Assembly (NCBI GenBank): GCA_041166585.1
Contig: JBEEGB010000447.1
Location: 1 to 24,270, forward strand
Source: Acidimicrobiaceae bacterium
GTDB lineage: Bacteria; Actinomycetota; Acidimicrobiia; Acidimicrobiales; JACDCH01
Length of the DNA: 24,270 bases
Direction: 5' to 3'
The notes under the pieces were generated by a model. The model was not told the origin of the DNA, ran no database searches, and was given only the letters and a program-made list of their open reading frames with translations. A program made the translations under genes and the position numbers. Positions within the stretch are counted from its first letter, which is position 1; the number at the start of each line of letters is the position of its first letter. This document shows, piece after piece, positions 1 through 8,333 of the stretch.

Positions 1-470
1 GGTTGGAGCGTCGAGTCGAGCGCGTCCGCGATCTGCGAGGTGAGCCGCTCCTGCACCTGAGGCCGCTTGGCGTAGCCGTCGACCAGGCGAGCCAGCTTCG
101 ACAGGCCGGTCACGCGGCCGTCGTCGCCCGGGATGTAGGCGACATGCGCCTTGCCGATCCACGGCAGCATGTGGTGCTCGCACGCGCTGTACATCGCGAT
201 GTCGCGGACCATCACCATCTCGTCGTGGTCGGCTTCGAAGAGCACCTGGAGGTACTGGCTCGGATCCTCACGGAGCCCGCTGAAGATCTCCTCGTACATC
301 CTGGCGACGCGCGCCGGGGTCCCCTGGAGACCCTCCCGTTCGGGGTCTTCGCCGATCGCCTCGAGGATGTCGCGCACCGCTCGCTCGATCTTCGGCTTGT
401 CGATCGGAGGCAACGTACCCGCGACTGCGGCGATGACCACGCCGTCGTCGTCGTCCTCGAGCGCGGACAT
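1..470 (-). CDS. folE: GTP cyclohydrolase I (3' end runs off the window; absent from the ORF track)
   Basis: Manual translation from ATG at 470: [10 protein letters not shown]...[33 protein letters not shown]...[29 protein letters not shown]...[27 protein letters not shown]. Has the CEHH Zn motif and the QERLT motif. The ATG overlaps the ftsH stop (TGATG). Confidence 0.96.
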   Translation of the reverse strand, partial: MSALEDDDDGVVIAAVAGTLPPIDKPKIERAVRDILEAIGEDPEREGLQGTPARVARMYEEIFSGLREDPSQYLQVLFEADHDEMVMVRDIAMYSACEHHMLPWIGKAHVAYIPGDDGRVTGLSKLARLVDGYAKRPQVQERLTSQIADALDSTLQ

Positions 471-2461
471 CAGCTCGAGGCCTCAGGGCGCACCGTGCGC
501 CGCCACCTCGTCAGGCGTCCGAGCACCCCTTCGCGTCGCTCAGCGGGACGAACCGTGGCCGGGGCGGCATCAACGGGCACGGGCACCGGCTCGACGGCCG
601 GGACGAGCCGCGGCACGAGGGGCGTCGGGGGCACGAGCCCATCATCGTCGGCGCCGGGCCGCGACCACGACTCGATGCCGGCGAACAGCTGCGCGAGCTC
701 CGCGTCATCGACGGTCTCGCGCTCGATGAGCGCGAGTGCCAGCGCGTCGAGCGCGCTGCGATGGGCAACCAGGATCTCGCGCGCCTCGTCGTGCGCGCCT
801 TCGATGAGCTTGTTCACCTGGGAGTCGATCTGCGCGGCGATGTCGTCGGAGTAGTCGAGCTGGTGACCGACCTCGCGACCGAGGAACACCTCACCCTGCT
901 CCTGACCGAACTTGCGAGGCCCGAGGCGTGAGCTCATGCCGTACTGGGTCACCATCGCGAGCGCGATCTCGGTGCACTTCTCGATGTCGTTCGCCGCGCC
1001 CGTGGTGATCTCGCCGAACACGAGCTCCTCCGCGGTGCGACCGCCGAGCGCGGCGGCCATGTGCGCGTGCAGCTGCGCCTTGTTGTGCGTGTACCGGTCC
1101 TCGGGCAGGTACCACGTGAGCCCGAGGGCCCGCCCTCGCGCCACGATCGACACCTTGTGGACGTCGTCGGCATCGGGCAGCACATGGCCCACCAGCGCGT
1201 GACCGGCCTCGTGGTACGCGATGACGCGCTTCTCGTGCTCGCTCATGACTCGGCTGCGGCGCTCGGGTCCTGCCATCACGCGGTCGATGGCCTCTTCGAG
1301 CTGCATCATCCCGATCTTGTCGAGTCCCCGACGGGCCGAGAGCAGCGCGGCTTCGTTCATCAGGTTGGCGAGGTCGGCGCCGGTGAAGCCCGGCGTCCGC
1401 TTGGCGAGCACGTCGAGGTTGATGCCGTCAGCCAGCGGCTTGCCCTTCGCGTGCACGTCGAGGATCGCGCGGCGCCCGGCGAGGTCGGGCTTGTCCACCA
1501 CGATCTGACGGTCGAAGCGACCGGGACGCAGCAGCGCGGGGTCGAGGATGTCGGGCCGGTTGGTGGCAGCGATGAGGATGATCCCCGTGTGGGCGTCGAA
1601 CCCGTCCATCTCGACGAGGAGCTGGTTCAGCGTCTGCTCGCGCTCGTCGTGGCCACCGCCGAGCCCGGCGCCACGGTGACGGCCCACGGCGTCGATCTCG
1701 TCCATGAAGATGATGGCCGGCGCCGCGGCCTTCGCCTGCTCGAACAGGTCGCGGACGCGGCTGGCACCGACGCCGACGAACATCTCGACGAAGTCGGAGC
1801 CCGAGATCGAAAAGAACGGCACGCCGGCCTCGCCGGCGACGGCTCGGGCGAGCAGCGTCTTGCCCGTTCCCGGCGGCCCGAACAGCAGCACACCCTTCGG
1901 GATCTTGGCGCCCATCGCCTGGAACCGAGCGGGGTTCTCGAGGAACTCCTTGATCTCCTCGAGCTCCTCCACCGCCTCGTCGGCGCCCGCGACGTCAGCG
2001 AACGTGACCTTCCCCGCGTCGGTGCTCTGCTTGGCCTTGGCCTTGCCGAACTGCAGGATGCGGCTCCCGCCTTGCATCGAGCTCATCACGAAGAGGAAGA
2101 GCCCCGCGAACAGGAACAGGGGCAGGAGGTTGAACAGGAGCCCGAGCCACAGCGCCTCCTGCTGCTGGTCGACCTCGAGCCTCACACCGAAGTTCGTCAG
2201 CTCGCGCGTGAGCTCGTCTGCATACTGCTCCGGGTAGCTGACCGTGTACTTCGTGCCGTCCTTCAGCGTGCCTGTGACGCGGTGGTCCTTGTCCTTCAGG
2301 GTGGCGTCGGCCACCTGCCCGCTGGCGATCTGGCTCTGGTAGTCGTCGAGCGTCAGCTTCTTGGGACCGGAGCCGCCCCGCAGCCACGTGGTGCCGACGA
2401 CGAGCAGCAGCAGGGCCAGCGCGAGTGCGAAGACGACGGGGCGGGTGAGGCGCTTCTTCAC
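470..2461 (-). CDS. ftsH: ATP-dependent zinc metalloprotease FtsH
   Basis: Two N-terminal TM segments, Walker A GPPGTGKT, Walker [32 protein letters not shown], and the HEAGH zinc motif. Lies directly upstream of folE. Confidence 0.98.
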   Translation of the reverse strand: MKKRLTRPVVFALALALLLLVVGTTWLRGGSGPKKLTLDDYQSQIASGQVADATLKDKDHRVTGTLKDGTKYTVSYPEQYADELTRELTNFGVRLEVDQQQEALWLGLLFNLLPLFLFAGLFLFVMSSMQGGSRILQFGKAKAKQSTDAGKVTFADVAGADEAVEELEEIKEFLENPARFQAMGAKIPKGVLLFGPPGTGKTLLARAVAGEAGVPFFSISGSDFVEMFVGVGASRVRDLFEQAKAAAPAIIFMDEIDAVGRHRGAGLGGGHDEREQTLNQLLVEMDGFDAHTGIILIAATNRPDILDPALLRPGRFDRQIVVDKPDLAGRRAILDVHAKGKPLADGINLDVLAKRTPGFTGADLANLMNEAALLSARRGLDKIGMMQLEEAIDRVMAGPERRSRVMSEHEKRVIAYHEAGHALVGHVLPDADDVHKVSIVARGRALGLTWYLPEDRYTHNKAQLHAHMAAALGGRTAEELVFGEITTGAANDIEKCTEIALAMVTQYGMSSRLGPRKFGQEQGEVFLGREVGHQLDYSDDIAAQIDSQVNKLIEGAHDEAREILVAHRSALDALALALIERETVDDAELAQLFAGIESWSRPGADDDGLVPPTPLVPRLVPAVEPVPVPVDAAPATVRPAERREGVLGRLTRWRRTVRPEASS

Positions 2462-2471
2462 GATCCGGGAA

Positions 2472-2489
2472 AGGCTATCGGGCTAGGTT
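2472..2489. promoter_or_regulatory. Back-to-back candidate -10 hexamers for ftsH and the SDR
   Basis: TAGCCT on the minus strand (2477-2472), 10 nt before the ftsH GTG. TAGGTT on the plus strand (2484-2489), upstream of the SD-like GAAGGGGG and the SDR TTG. Both fit the actinobacterial TANNNT consensus. Confidence 0.45.
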
Positions 2490-2513
2490 CGCCAGCCGAG
2501 AAGGGGGGACAGG

Positions 2514-3422
2514 TTGAGGCTGGAGACGGGAAAGGTAGCGGTGGTCACGGGCGCGGCCAGCGGGATCGGCCTGGCGCTCGCCGAGCGGTTCGCGAGCAGC
2601 GGGCTGAACATCGTGCTGGCCGATGTCGACGAGCCCGGCTTGGCCGCGGCGGCTGAGCGGGTGGGGTCGAAGGGCGTCGAGACGTTGACGGTGAAGACCG
2701 ACGTCACCGACGAGGCATCGGTGCAGGCCCTTGCCGCCGCGACCCTCGAGCGCTTCGGCGCGGCGCACGTGGTGTGCAACAACGCCGGCGTCGCGTCCAC
2801 GGCCGATCCGTGGTTCGGGCCGGTGTCGTCGTGGCAGTGGGTGCTCGGCGTGAACCTCTGGGGCGTCGTGCACGGCGTGCGCGCGTTCTTGCCGACGCTC
2901 ATCGCCCAAGGCGAAGGCCACATCGTGAACACCGCGTCGATCGCGGGGCTCCTTCCCGGCTTCGCTCCTGCCTACGACGCGAGCAAGCACGCAGTCGTCG
3001 CGCTCACGGAGAGCCTCTACACGATGATGACGTCGATGGGGTTGCCGGTCGGCGTGAGCGTGCTCTGCCCCGGCTGGGTGCGCACCAGGATCATGGACGC
3101 CGAACGGAACTGGCCGGCCGCGCTCGGCGAGGCACCGCCGCCGGCACTCGGCACCGACGTGATCGATCGCCATGTCCGTCGAGCGATCGACGAGGGGGTG
3201 ACACCGGCCGCGGTGGCCGACCAGGTCGCCGACGCCGTGGAGTCAGGTCGGTACTGGGTGTTCCCCCACCCTGAGTTCGTCGAGCTCGCCGCGCAACGGT
3301 GGAGCACGATCGCCGAGGGTCAGAACCCTCAGCTGCAGGTGGACATCCCGGGACTCCCGCCGGCAGAGCAGATCGCCGCCGAGGTCCTCGCTTCGCTCAC
3401 GCCACCGACAGAGCCGGGCTGA
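2514..3422 (+). CDS. Short-chain dehydrogenase/reductase (classical SDR)
   Basis: TGAASGIG Rossmann motif, NNAG, catalytic Ser in NTASIAG, and YDASK (YxxxK). TTG start with a purine-rich SD. Confidence 0.93.
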   Translation: MRLETGKVAVVTGAASGIGLALAERFASSGLNIVLADVDEPGLAAAAERVGSKGVETLTVKTDVTDEASVQALAAATLERFGAAHVVCNNAGVASTADPWFGPVSSWQWVLGVNLWGVVHGVRAFLPTLIAQGEGHIVNTASIAGLLPGFAPAYDASKHAVVALTESLYTMMTSMGLPVGVSVLCPGWVRTRIMDAERNWPAALGEAPPPALGTDVIDRHVRRAIDEGVTPAAVADQVADAVESGRYWVFPHPEFVELAAQRWSTIAEGQNPQLQVDIPGLPPAEQIAAEVLASLTPPTEPG

Positions 3423-3900
3423 ACGCTGCTTGCTCCGTCCTCGCGGGAGGAGGCACCTCGAACTCTTCGTTGAGCTTCACCCGCAAGGTCGAGATCTCCT
3501 CGTCGCTGGGGACGAAGTCGCCCGCGCCGACACCGAGAGACGAGCCTGGTGCGATCGCTTCGCGGAGCGGGTCGAGCTTGATGACGCTGACCTTGCGGAC
3601 AGCGGTCATTCCGAGCAGCTCGGCTCGTGCCAGCAGCTCTCGGTCCGAGCTGAGCGCGACCGCGATGGCGCCGGGGCACGACCGTGACGCGTCGGCCAAG
3701 GCCCGCATGCCTGCGCCCTCTTCGACGGCGGGGTCGATTACCAACAGATCGGGGTGCTGCCGCGTGGCCTCGTGGACGAACGCGGCGAGGTCGATCGCCT
3801 CGACGATCTCCGAGTAGCCGCAGCCGCTGATCGCGGCCCGGATGAACCGCCGGTTGAACGGATCGGACTCGAACAGGATGGCCAGTCGCCCAGTGCTCAC
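3397..3900 (-). CDS. Stand-alone, divergent receiver (REC)-domain protein with a C-terminal tail
   Basis: C-terminal third of track ORF 3397-4875; probable start is GTG at 3900 after AAAGAGG. ILFESDPFNRRFIRAAI..GY..IVEA...PDLLVID...AVALSS...AVRK follows the receiver fold with the phospho-Asp, Ser/Thr and Lys positions. The 3' end overlaps the SDR 3' end by 26 nt. Confidence 0.65.
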   Translation of the reverse strand: MSTGRLAILFESDPFNRRFIRAAISGCGYSEIVEAIDLAAFVHEATRQHPDLLVIDPAVEEGAGMRALADASRSCPGAIAVALSSDRELLARAELLGMTAVRKVSVIKLDPLREAIAPGSSLGVGAGDFVPSDEEISTLRVKLNEEFEVPPPARTEQAAFSPALSVA

Positions 3901-3945
3901 CCACCTCTTTCGGCGCGGCGGGCTTGACCCTTGAGCGGCGTGTTG

Positions 3946-3964
3946 CGAATTGTCACCGAATTGT
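3946..3964. repeat. 8-bp direct repeat CGAATTGT x2 with 11-bp period (candidate operator)
   Basis: CGAATTGT at 3946-3953 and 3957-3964, in the AT-richer intergenic region upstream of the REC gene. Confidence 0.55.
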
Positions 3965-4010
3965 TCGTTCGCGTGCGCCGCCACCTGCAACGGGACGCCG
4001 CCGGCTCCGG

Positions 4011-4544
4011 TCACTCGAGCCAGAGCCGCACCTCGGGGAGGTTGCGATAGCGCTCGTCGACGTCGAGGCCGTAGCCGACGACGAAGTCCGCCGGGATGTG
4101 GAAGCCCACGTAGCGCAGGTCGGGATCCTCGCTCTGGAGGCCGTCCTTCACGAGGAGGGCGCAGACCTCGAGGCTCGCGGGGTGACGCGTGAGGAGGTTG
4201 CGGCGCAACCAGCGCAAGGTGAGCCCGCTGTCGACGATGTCCTCGACGAGCAGCACGTGGCGGTCGGTGAGATCGAGGTCGAGGTCCTTCACGATGCGGA
4301 CGATGCCGCTGGTCTTCGTGCTGCTGCCGTAGGACGAGACGGCCATGAAGTCCACCTCGACGGGGAGGTCGATCTCGCGTGCGAGGTCGCTCATGAACAC
4401 GAAGGCGCCCTTCAGCACGCCAACCAGCAAAGGGGCGCGGCCTGCGTAGTCCGCAGTGATGTCCTTGCCGAGGTCGCGGATGCGTTCCTGGAGCTCGTCT
4501 TCCCCGACGACGACCGCGCCGAGCCTTGGATCTGCCGTGTTCAT
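4011..4544 (-). CDS. hpt: Hypoxanthine phosphoribosyltransferase
   Basis: [19 protein letters not shown], the PRPP-binding motif [14 protein letters not shown], and [11 protein letters not shown] at 4544 overlaps the tilS stop (ATGA). The track start at 4685 is an over-extension. Confidence 0.96.
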   Translation of the reverse strand: MNTADPRLGAVVVGEDELQERIRDLGKDITADYAGRAPLLVGVLKGAFVFMSDLAREIDLPVEVDFMAVSSYGSSTKTSGIVRIVKDLDLDLTDRHVLLVEDIVDSGLTLRWLRRNLLTRHPASLEVCALLVKDGLQSEDPDLRYVGFHIPADFVVGYGLDVDERYRNLPEVRLWLE

Positions 4545-5422
4545 GCTTCGGGCGACCGTACCGGCTCGAGGCGCAGACGGCCATGCGAGCGCGCGACGCG
4601 ACGCCCACCGACCTCGGTGGCGACCGCATCGCCGCGCGCCACCGCCAGCACCCGCTCGACGGCCGCCGCGTCCGGTGGGTGGCACTCGTCATCGGATCCG
4701 GCGCGCAGCCAGGCTCGCACCGCGCGTCGGGCGACGGCGACGGGCGCCGCGGTGAGCGCAGCGGCGTCGGCCGGATCGAGTCCGAGGGCGAGCTCGTCGA
4801 GCGCGGCTGCATCGTCGGCCAGCAACGTCGCCTGGCGTGCCAGCAACGCCGCGACGTCGCGCTCGGCAACGGCATCGAGCAACGGGACGAGCTCGTGGCG
4901 CACCCGGTTGCGCCGGTGCGCGGGGTCCTCGTTCGACGGGTCGGCGACCGGTTCCAGCCCGAGCTCGGCGCACAGCGCGTGCGTCTCGGCTCTCCGCAGC
5001 CCGAGCAGCGGCCGGCGCCCGTCCGCGTGGATGCCGGCCAAGCCGTCGAGGCCGGCGCCCCGCAGCAGGTTCAACAGCACGGTCTCCGCCTGGTCGTCAG
5101 CGGTGTGCCCGGTGAGTGCGCCCGCAGGCAGCGCGCGGTAGCGGGCCGCGCGCGCCCTGGCCTCCAGGTTCGGCCCTGGGGCGACCTCCACCCGGAGCGC
5201 CGAGAAGGACGCACCGAAGCGCTCCGCCGCGGCGCGCACCACGTCCGCTTCCCGCGCCGAGCCCTCGCGCAACCCATGGTCGACGTGGCATGCCGTGACG
5301 GTGCACCCGGCCTCGGTCGCCAGCACCAGCAGCGCCAGCGAGTCGGCGCCGCCCGACACCGCGCAGCTCACCACCGTCCCCGCCGCCGGGAACCGACACC
5401 GCGACAGCAGCTCCGCGATCAG
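4541..5422 (-). CDS. tilS: tRNA(Ile)-lysidine synthetase (short form; start uncertain, 5374 GTG or 5422 CTG)
   Basis: PP-loop [46 protein letters not shown], and DPSN...RNRVRH. Directly upstream of hpt. Confidence 0.93.
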   Translation of the reverse strand: MIAELLSRCRFPAAGTVVSCAVSGGADSLALLVLATEAGCTVTACHVDHGLREGSAREADVVRAAAERFGASFSALRVEVAPGPNLEARARAARYRALPAGALTGHTADDQAETVLLNLLRGAGLDGLAGIHADGRRPLLGLRRAETHALCAELGLEPVADPSNEDPAHRRNRVRHELVPLLDAVAERDVAALLARQATLLADDAAALDELALGLDPADAAALTAAPVAVARRAVRAWLRAGSDDECHPPDAAAVERVLAVARGDAVATEVGGRRVARSHGRLRLEPVRSPEA

Positions 5423-6165
5423 CTCGGCAGGCCCCCGCGACGGACGATCTCGAGCAGGTCGCTGACCGAGCCGGTGCCGAGCTTGCGGCTGATCCGGCGC
5501 AAGCTGGCGTAGACGTTCGAGCGGCTCATGGCCAGCTCCTCGGCGGCCTCGATGACGGTCGGGGCGCGGGCGACGGTCTCGAGCATGAGCCGCTGCTTGT
5601 CGGTGAGCATCGCGACCCGCTCCTCCGCCAGCCGCTCCAACGCGACAGGCGCCCGCACCGGTTGACGCTCGTGCTCGAACGCGCTGAGCCGGGGACGGGG
5701 TGCGGTCGAGGGCGCGCCCGGCGGCGAGTTGCTCTCGATCCTCGCCAGCATCTCGAGCGCCTGCTGCTGTGCCTTCCGCCGCTTCGGCGGTTCGGGACCC
5801 TGCAGCGCGTCTTCGACCGCGGCGCGCAGCGCATCGAGGTCGATGGGCTTGGTGAGGTAGCGGACCGCGCCCTCGATGCCTCCCTTCACCTGGTCGATCG
5901 GAGCGTCGAGCGCGGTGAGCATCAGCACGGGGATGCCGCTGATCTCGGGGTCGGAATCGGACTTCAGCCGCTCGAGGACGGTCCAGCCGTCGACGTCGGG
6001 CATCATCACGTCGAGCAGGACGACGTCGGGACGAGACTCCTGCACGGCCGCCAGTGCCTCCGCCCCGTTCGCGGCCATGACGCTCGTGTGGCCGTCGCGC
6101 TCGAGGTTGATCCTGATCAGCAGGCGGATGTCGGGTTCGTCGTCGACGACGAGGATCGTCGCCAC
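5419..6165 (-). CDS. Response regulator: N-terminal receiver plus C-terminal LuxR-like HTH
   Basis: ILVVDDEPDIR...PDVVLLDVMMPDVDG...VLMLTA...YLTKP is an intact receiver. After a ~60-aa linker, LTDKQRLML...AAEELAMSRSNVYASLRRISRKLG is a LuxR-type HTH. The GTG start overlaps the upstream stop (TAGTG). Confidence 0.9.
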   Translation of the reverse strand: MATILVVDDEPDIRLLIRINLERDGHTSVMAANGAEALAAVQESRPDVVLLDVMMPDVDGWTVLERLKSDSDPEISGIPVLMLTALDAPIDQVKGGIEGAVRYLTKPIDLDALRAAVEDALQGPEPPKRRKAQQQALEMLARIESNSPPGAPSTAPRPRLSAFEHERQPVRAPVALERLAEERVAMLTDKQRLMLETVARAPTVIEAAEELAMSRSNVYASLRRISRKLGTGSVSDLLEIVRRGGLPS

Positions 6166-7241
6166 TAGCCCACCGCGGTGATGGCGCTTTCGCTCACCCG
6201 GTCGATCCAGAGACCAGGCTCACGGATCTCGGCCAGGGAAGGAAGCTGCTCGGGTGCCTCGAAGGCACGGTTCAGCAGCGCTGGCCCGCCAACGGACTCG
6301 ACCGCGGCGATGAACCGCTCACCCTGCTCGTACTGGTTCATCTTCGCCTCGAGGCCGAGCACACGCTGCAGCATGCGCGCGCCTGGGTTGAGGTTGCGCC
6401 GTCGTTCGCGCAGCACGCGGCTGAAGCGCTCGGCGCTCGGCACCCGTCCCGCGCCGGCTCGGTCCATCGTCACGTCTCCGTGGCCTTCGAGCAGGCTCAT
6501 CATCCCGCCGATCTGCTGCAGCACCTCGCCCTGCTCGGGGGTGGCCAGCAGGGCGACGAGCCCTCCGTCGGCCAGGGCGCTCGTGCCGTCCCGTCGAGCC
6601 TCGAAGACACGGCGCAGCGCCTCGATGAAGCGCTTGGGGTCGGGTTCGACGGAGCCGAGGCTCTTCTCGACGAGCGACAAGAAGTGAGGTCGCAGCCACG
6701 GGACGCCGGTGAACTGGGCCCGGTGGGTGACCTCGTGGAGCGCGAGCCAGAGGCGAAACTCGCGAGGGGGGAAGGCGAAGCGCTTCTCGAGGGCGAGGAT
6801 GTTCGGCCCGACGTAGTAGACGACATCCTGGTCGTCGGGGTCCTCGTCTTCGATGATGAGCAGGTCGTACTGCCCGAGGACGCGGGTGCTCATCCAGCCG
6901 AGGAGCGCACCGAGCTCTGCACCGGTGGCCCGCTGCGCCAGCGGCGCGGCCCGACCCGTGCCGATGCGCTCGCCGAGCTTTTCGGTCAGCGGCCGCAGCA
7001 GCCGCGAGAACGAGGAGATGTTGGCCCGCACCCATCCGGCGCGATCGGTGACGCGCGCCCGGGCCGGTCCCGCCATCGAACGCAAGCCGGTCGCGGCGGC
7101 GACGAGCTCTTCGGCTTCAGCCGTCAGCTCTTCGAAGTCAGGGGCGAGCGATGCGTAGTGGTACGACTCCGCGAACGGCTCCCGACCGGAGACCCGTACC
7201 GCGATCCGCTCCGCCAGCGCCCAATCGACAGGATCAGCCAC
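6165..7241 (-). CDS. Zinc-dependent metalloprotease-like protein (DUF2342 / 'F420 biosynthesis-associated' family)
   Basis: HEVTH (HExxH) in WLALHEVTHRAQF, GWVRANI, STRVLGQYD, MSLLEGHGDVTMD, KMNQYEQGERF. This family sits upstream of tilS in actinobacteria. Confidence 0.88.
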   Translation of the reverse strand: MADPVDWALAERIAVRVSGREPFAESYHYASLAPDFEELTAEAEELVAAATGLRSMAGPARARVTDRAGWVRANISSFSRLLRPLTEKLGERIGTGRAAPLAQRATGAELGALLGWMSTRVLGQYDLLIIEDEDPDDQDVVYYVGPNILALEKRFAFPPREFRLWLALHEVTHRAQFTGVPWLRPHFLSLVEKSLGSVEPDPKRFIEALRRVFEARRDGTSALADGGLVALLATPEQGEVLQQIGGMMSLLEGHGDVTMDRAGAGRVPSAERFSRVLRERRRNLNPGARMLQRVLGLEAKMNQYEQGERFIAAVESVGGPALLNRAFEAPEQLPSLAEIREPGLWIDRVSESAITAVG

Positions 7242-7248
7242 CCGCTCG

Positions 7249-7254
7249 ACCCTA
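7249..7254 (-). promoter_or_regulatory. -10 hexamer TAGGGT; probable leaderless start of the DUF2342 operon
   Basis: TANNNT exactly 7 nt before GTG 7241, with no SD. Confidence 0.6.
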
Positions 7255-7269
7255 TCTGCTCCCTGCGCG

Positions 7270-7404
7270 CTACCTCTGCCGCTTGGGGTACTTCAGCGAC
7301 TGCACCTTCACCAGGTAGCCGACGACCGTGGCGAGGACCGTGAGAACCCCGCCGAAGAACAACACGACCCCGATCCACGCGTGCCAGATCACCCCGAGCG
7401 TCAT
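7270..7404 (-). CDS. 44-aa single-pass membrane small protein (not in the ORF track)
   Basis: MTLGVIWHAWIGVVLFFGGVLTVLATVVGYLVKVQSLKYPKRQR*: a hydrophobic helix followed by a basic tail. Codons are GC3-rich, the ORF fills the gap between rsrA and DUF2342, and TACGAT lies 8 nt upstream. Confidence 0.75.
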   Translation of the reverse strand: MTLGVIWHAWIGVVLFFGGVLTVLATVVGYLVKVQSLKYPKRQR

Positions 7405-7412
7405 GGCCACGG

Positions 7413-7418
7413 ATCGTA
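7413..7418 (-). promoter_or_regulatory. -10 hexamer TACGAT; probable leaderless start of the smORF
   Basis: Near-consensus TANNNT 8 nt before ATG 7404, with no SD. Confidence 0.55.
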
Positions 7419-7427
7419 CGTTCTGAC

Positions 7428-7460
7428 GGTGCTGAGTCGGGAATTCGCCGAGTCAGCACC
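7428..7460 (-). terminator. GC-rich hairpin downstream of rsrA (likely terminator without a U-tract)
   Basis: Arms GGTGCTGAGTCGG (7428-7440) and CCGAGTCAGCACC (7448-7460) form a 13-bp stem with one mismatch and a 7-nt loop, 14 nt after the rsrA stop. Confidence 0.6.
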
Positions 7461-7474
7461 GCACAAACGGTTGG

Positions 7475-7717
7475 TCAGCGGGGCTGTTGCTCGTGGTGGA
7501 TCGCGGCTGCGATGCGCAGCTTGAGGGATTCGGGCACCGTCTCCTGGCACTTGTGGGCGATGACGACCCGCAGCTCGGCCTCGAAGTCGAACGCCTCGAA
7601 GCACGGCGGGCAGTCGTCGAGGTGCGCCGAGATGGCGGCCTTTCGCTCGCTCGTCAGCTCGCCGTCGAGGAAGCCGTAGAGCTCGTGGAGCGCATCGTCG
7701 CAGTTGCCGTCAGCCAT
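7475..7717 (-). CDS. rsrA: Zinc-binding anti-sigma factor (RsrA/RshA family)
   Basis: MADGNCDDALHELYGFLDGEL...HLDDCPPC has the ZAS HxxxCxxC motif plus an N-terminal Cys. ATG 7717 follows GGCAGGAAG. Directly downstream of the ECF sigma gene. Confidence 0.92.
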   Translation of the reverse strand: MADGNCDDALHELYGFLDGELTSERKAAISAHLDDCPPCFEAFDFEAELRVVIAHKCQETVPESLKLRIAAAIHHEQQPR

Positions 7718-7759
7718 CTTCCTGCCTGCTCTCACCCGTGAGGGAACCGCCCCGAAAGC

Positions 7760-8320
7760 TCATGCCACGAGCCCCCTGTCGACAGCAAACTCGTACAACT
7801 TCTTCTGCAGGCCCTTTCTTCCCCGATGCAGCCGGCTCATCACCGTGCCGATCGGGATGTCCAGGATCTCGGCGATCTCCTTGTACGAGAAGCCCTCGAC
7901 ATCGGCCAGCAGCACGGCCATGCGGAACTGTTCGGGGAGCGACTCGAGCGCGGCCTTCACCTCGTCGTCGGTGTAGGTGTCGAGCAGCTGATCCTCGGCG
8001 CTGCGGCCCCTCGTCGCCGCCTCGAGCCCACCCAGCCGGCGGTAGAGGTACAGATCCTCGACATCTTCGAGGTCCGACTCGTCCGGCCGGCGCTTCTTGG
8101 CTCGGTACGTGTTGATGTAGGTGTTGGTGAGGATCCGGTAGAGCCAGGCCTTGAGGTTGGTGCCCTCCTCGAAGCCGTGGAACCCCCGATAGGCCTTGAG
8201 ATACGTCTCTTGGACGAGGTCTTCGGCGTCGGAAGGGTTCCGGGTCATCCGCAGAGCGGCGGCGTAGAGCGAAGGCATGAACTCCATCGCCTGCTCCTCG
8301 AAACGCGCCTGATCGGCCAT
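7760..8320 (-). CDS. sigH: ECF sigma factor, SigH/SigR (thiol-oxidative stress) type
   Basis: [46 protein letters not shown] (region 2) and [28 protein letters not shown] (region 4), paired with a ZAS anti-sigma. The in-frame GTG at 8338 is an alternative start. Confidence 0.92.
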   Translation of the reverse strand: MADQARFEEQAMEFMPSLYAAALRMTRNPSDAEDLVQETYLKAYRGFHGFEEGTNLKAWLYRILTNTYINTYRAKKRRPDESDLEDVEDLYLYRRLGGLEAATRGRSAEDQLLDTYTDDEVKAALESLPEQFRMAVLLADVEGFSYKEIAEILDIPIGTVMSRLHRGRKGLQKKLYEFAVDRGLVA

Positions 8321-8327
8321 GTACGAG

Positions 8328-8333
8328 AACCTA
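8328..8333 (-). promoter_or_regulatory. -10 hexamer TAGGTT (first three bases are the kinase stop codon); probable leaderless sigH promoter
   Basis: TANNNT 7 nt before ATG 8320, with no SD. Confidence 0.55.

Noticed and set aside
1061-2656. 531-aa plus-strand ORF, and similar long antisense ORFs (3-854, 7826-8836, 11618-12979, 11919-14024, 15569-16768, 19995-21092, 21518-22948)
   Set aside because: They mirror well-supported genes on the opposite strand and have no recognisable motifs. Such shadow ORFs are expected in high-GC DNA.
3901-4875. N-terminal 325 codons of track ORF 3397-4875
   Set aside because: Arg/Pro-rich off-frame read-through over tilS and hpt. Only the part from GTG 3900 looks like a protein.
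7428-7460. Hairpin as a small RNA, REP element or CRISPR repeat
   Set aside because: Single copy, placed right after a stop codon. A terminator is the simpler explanation.
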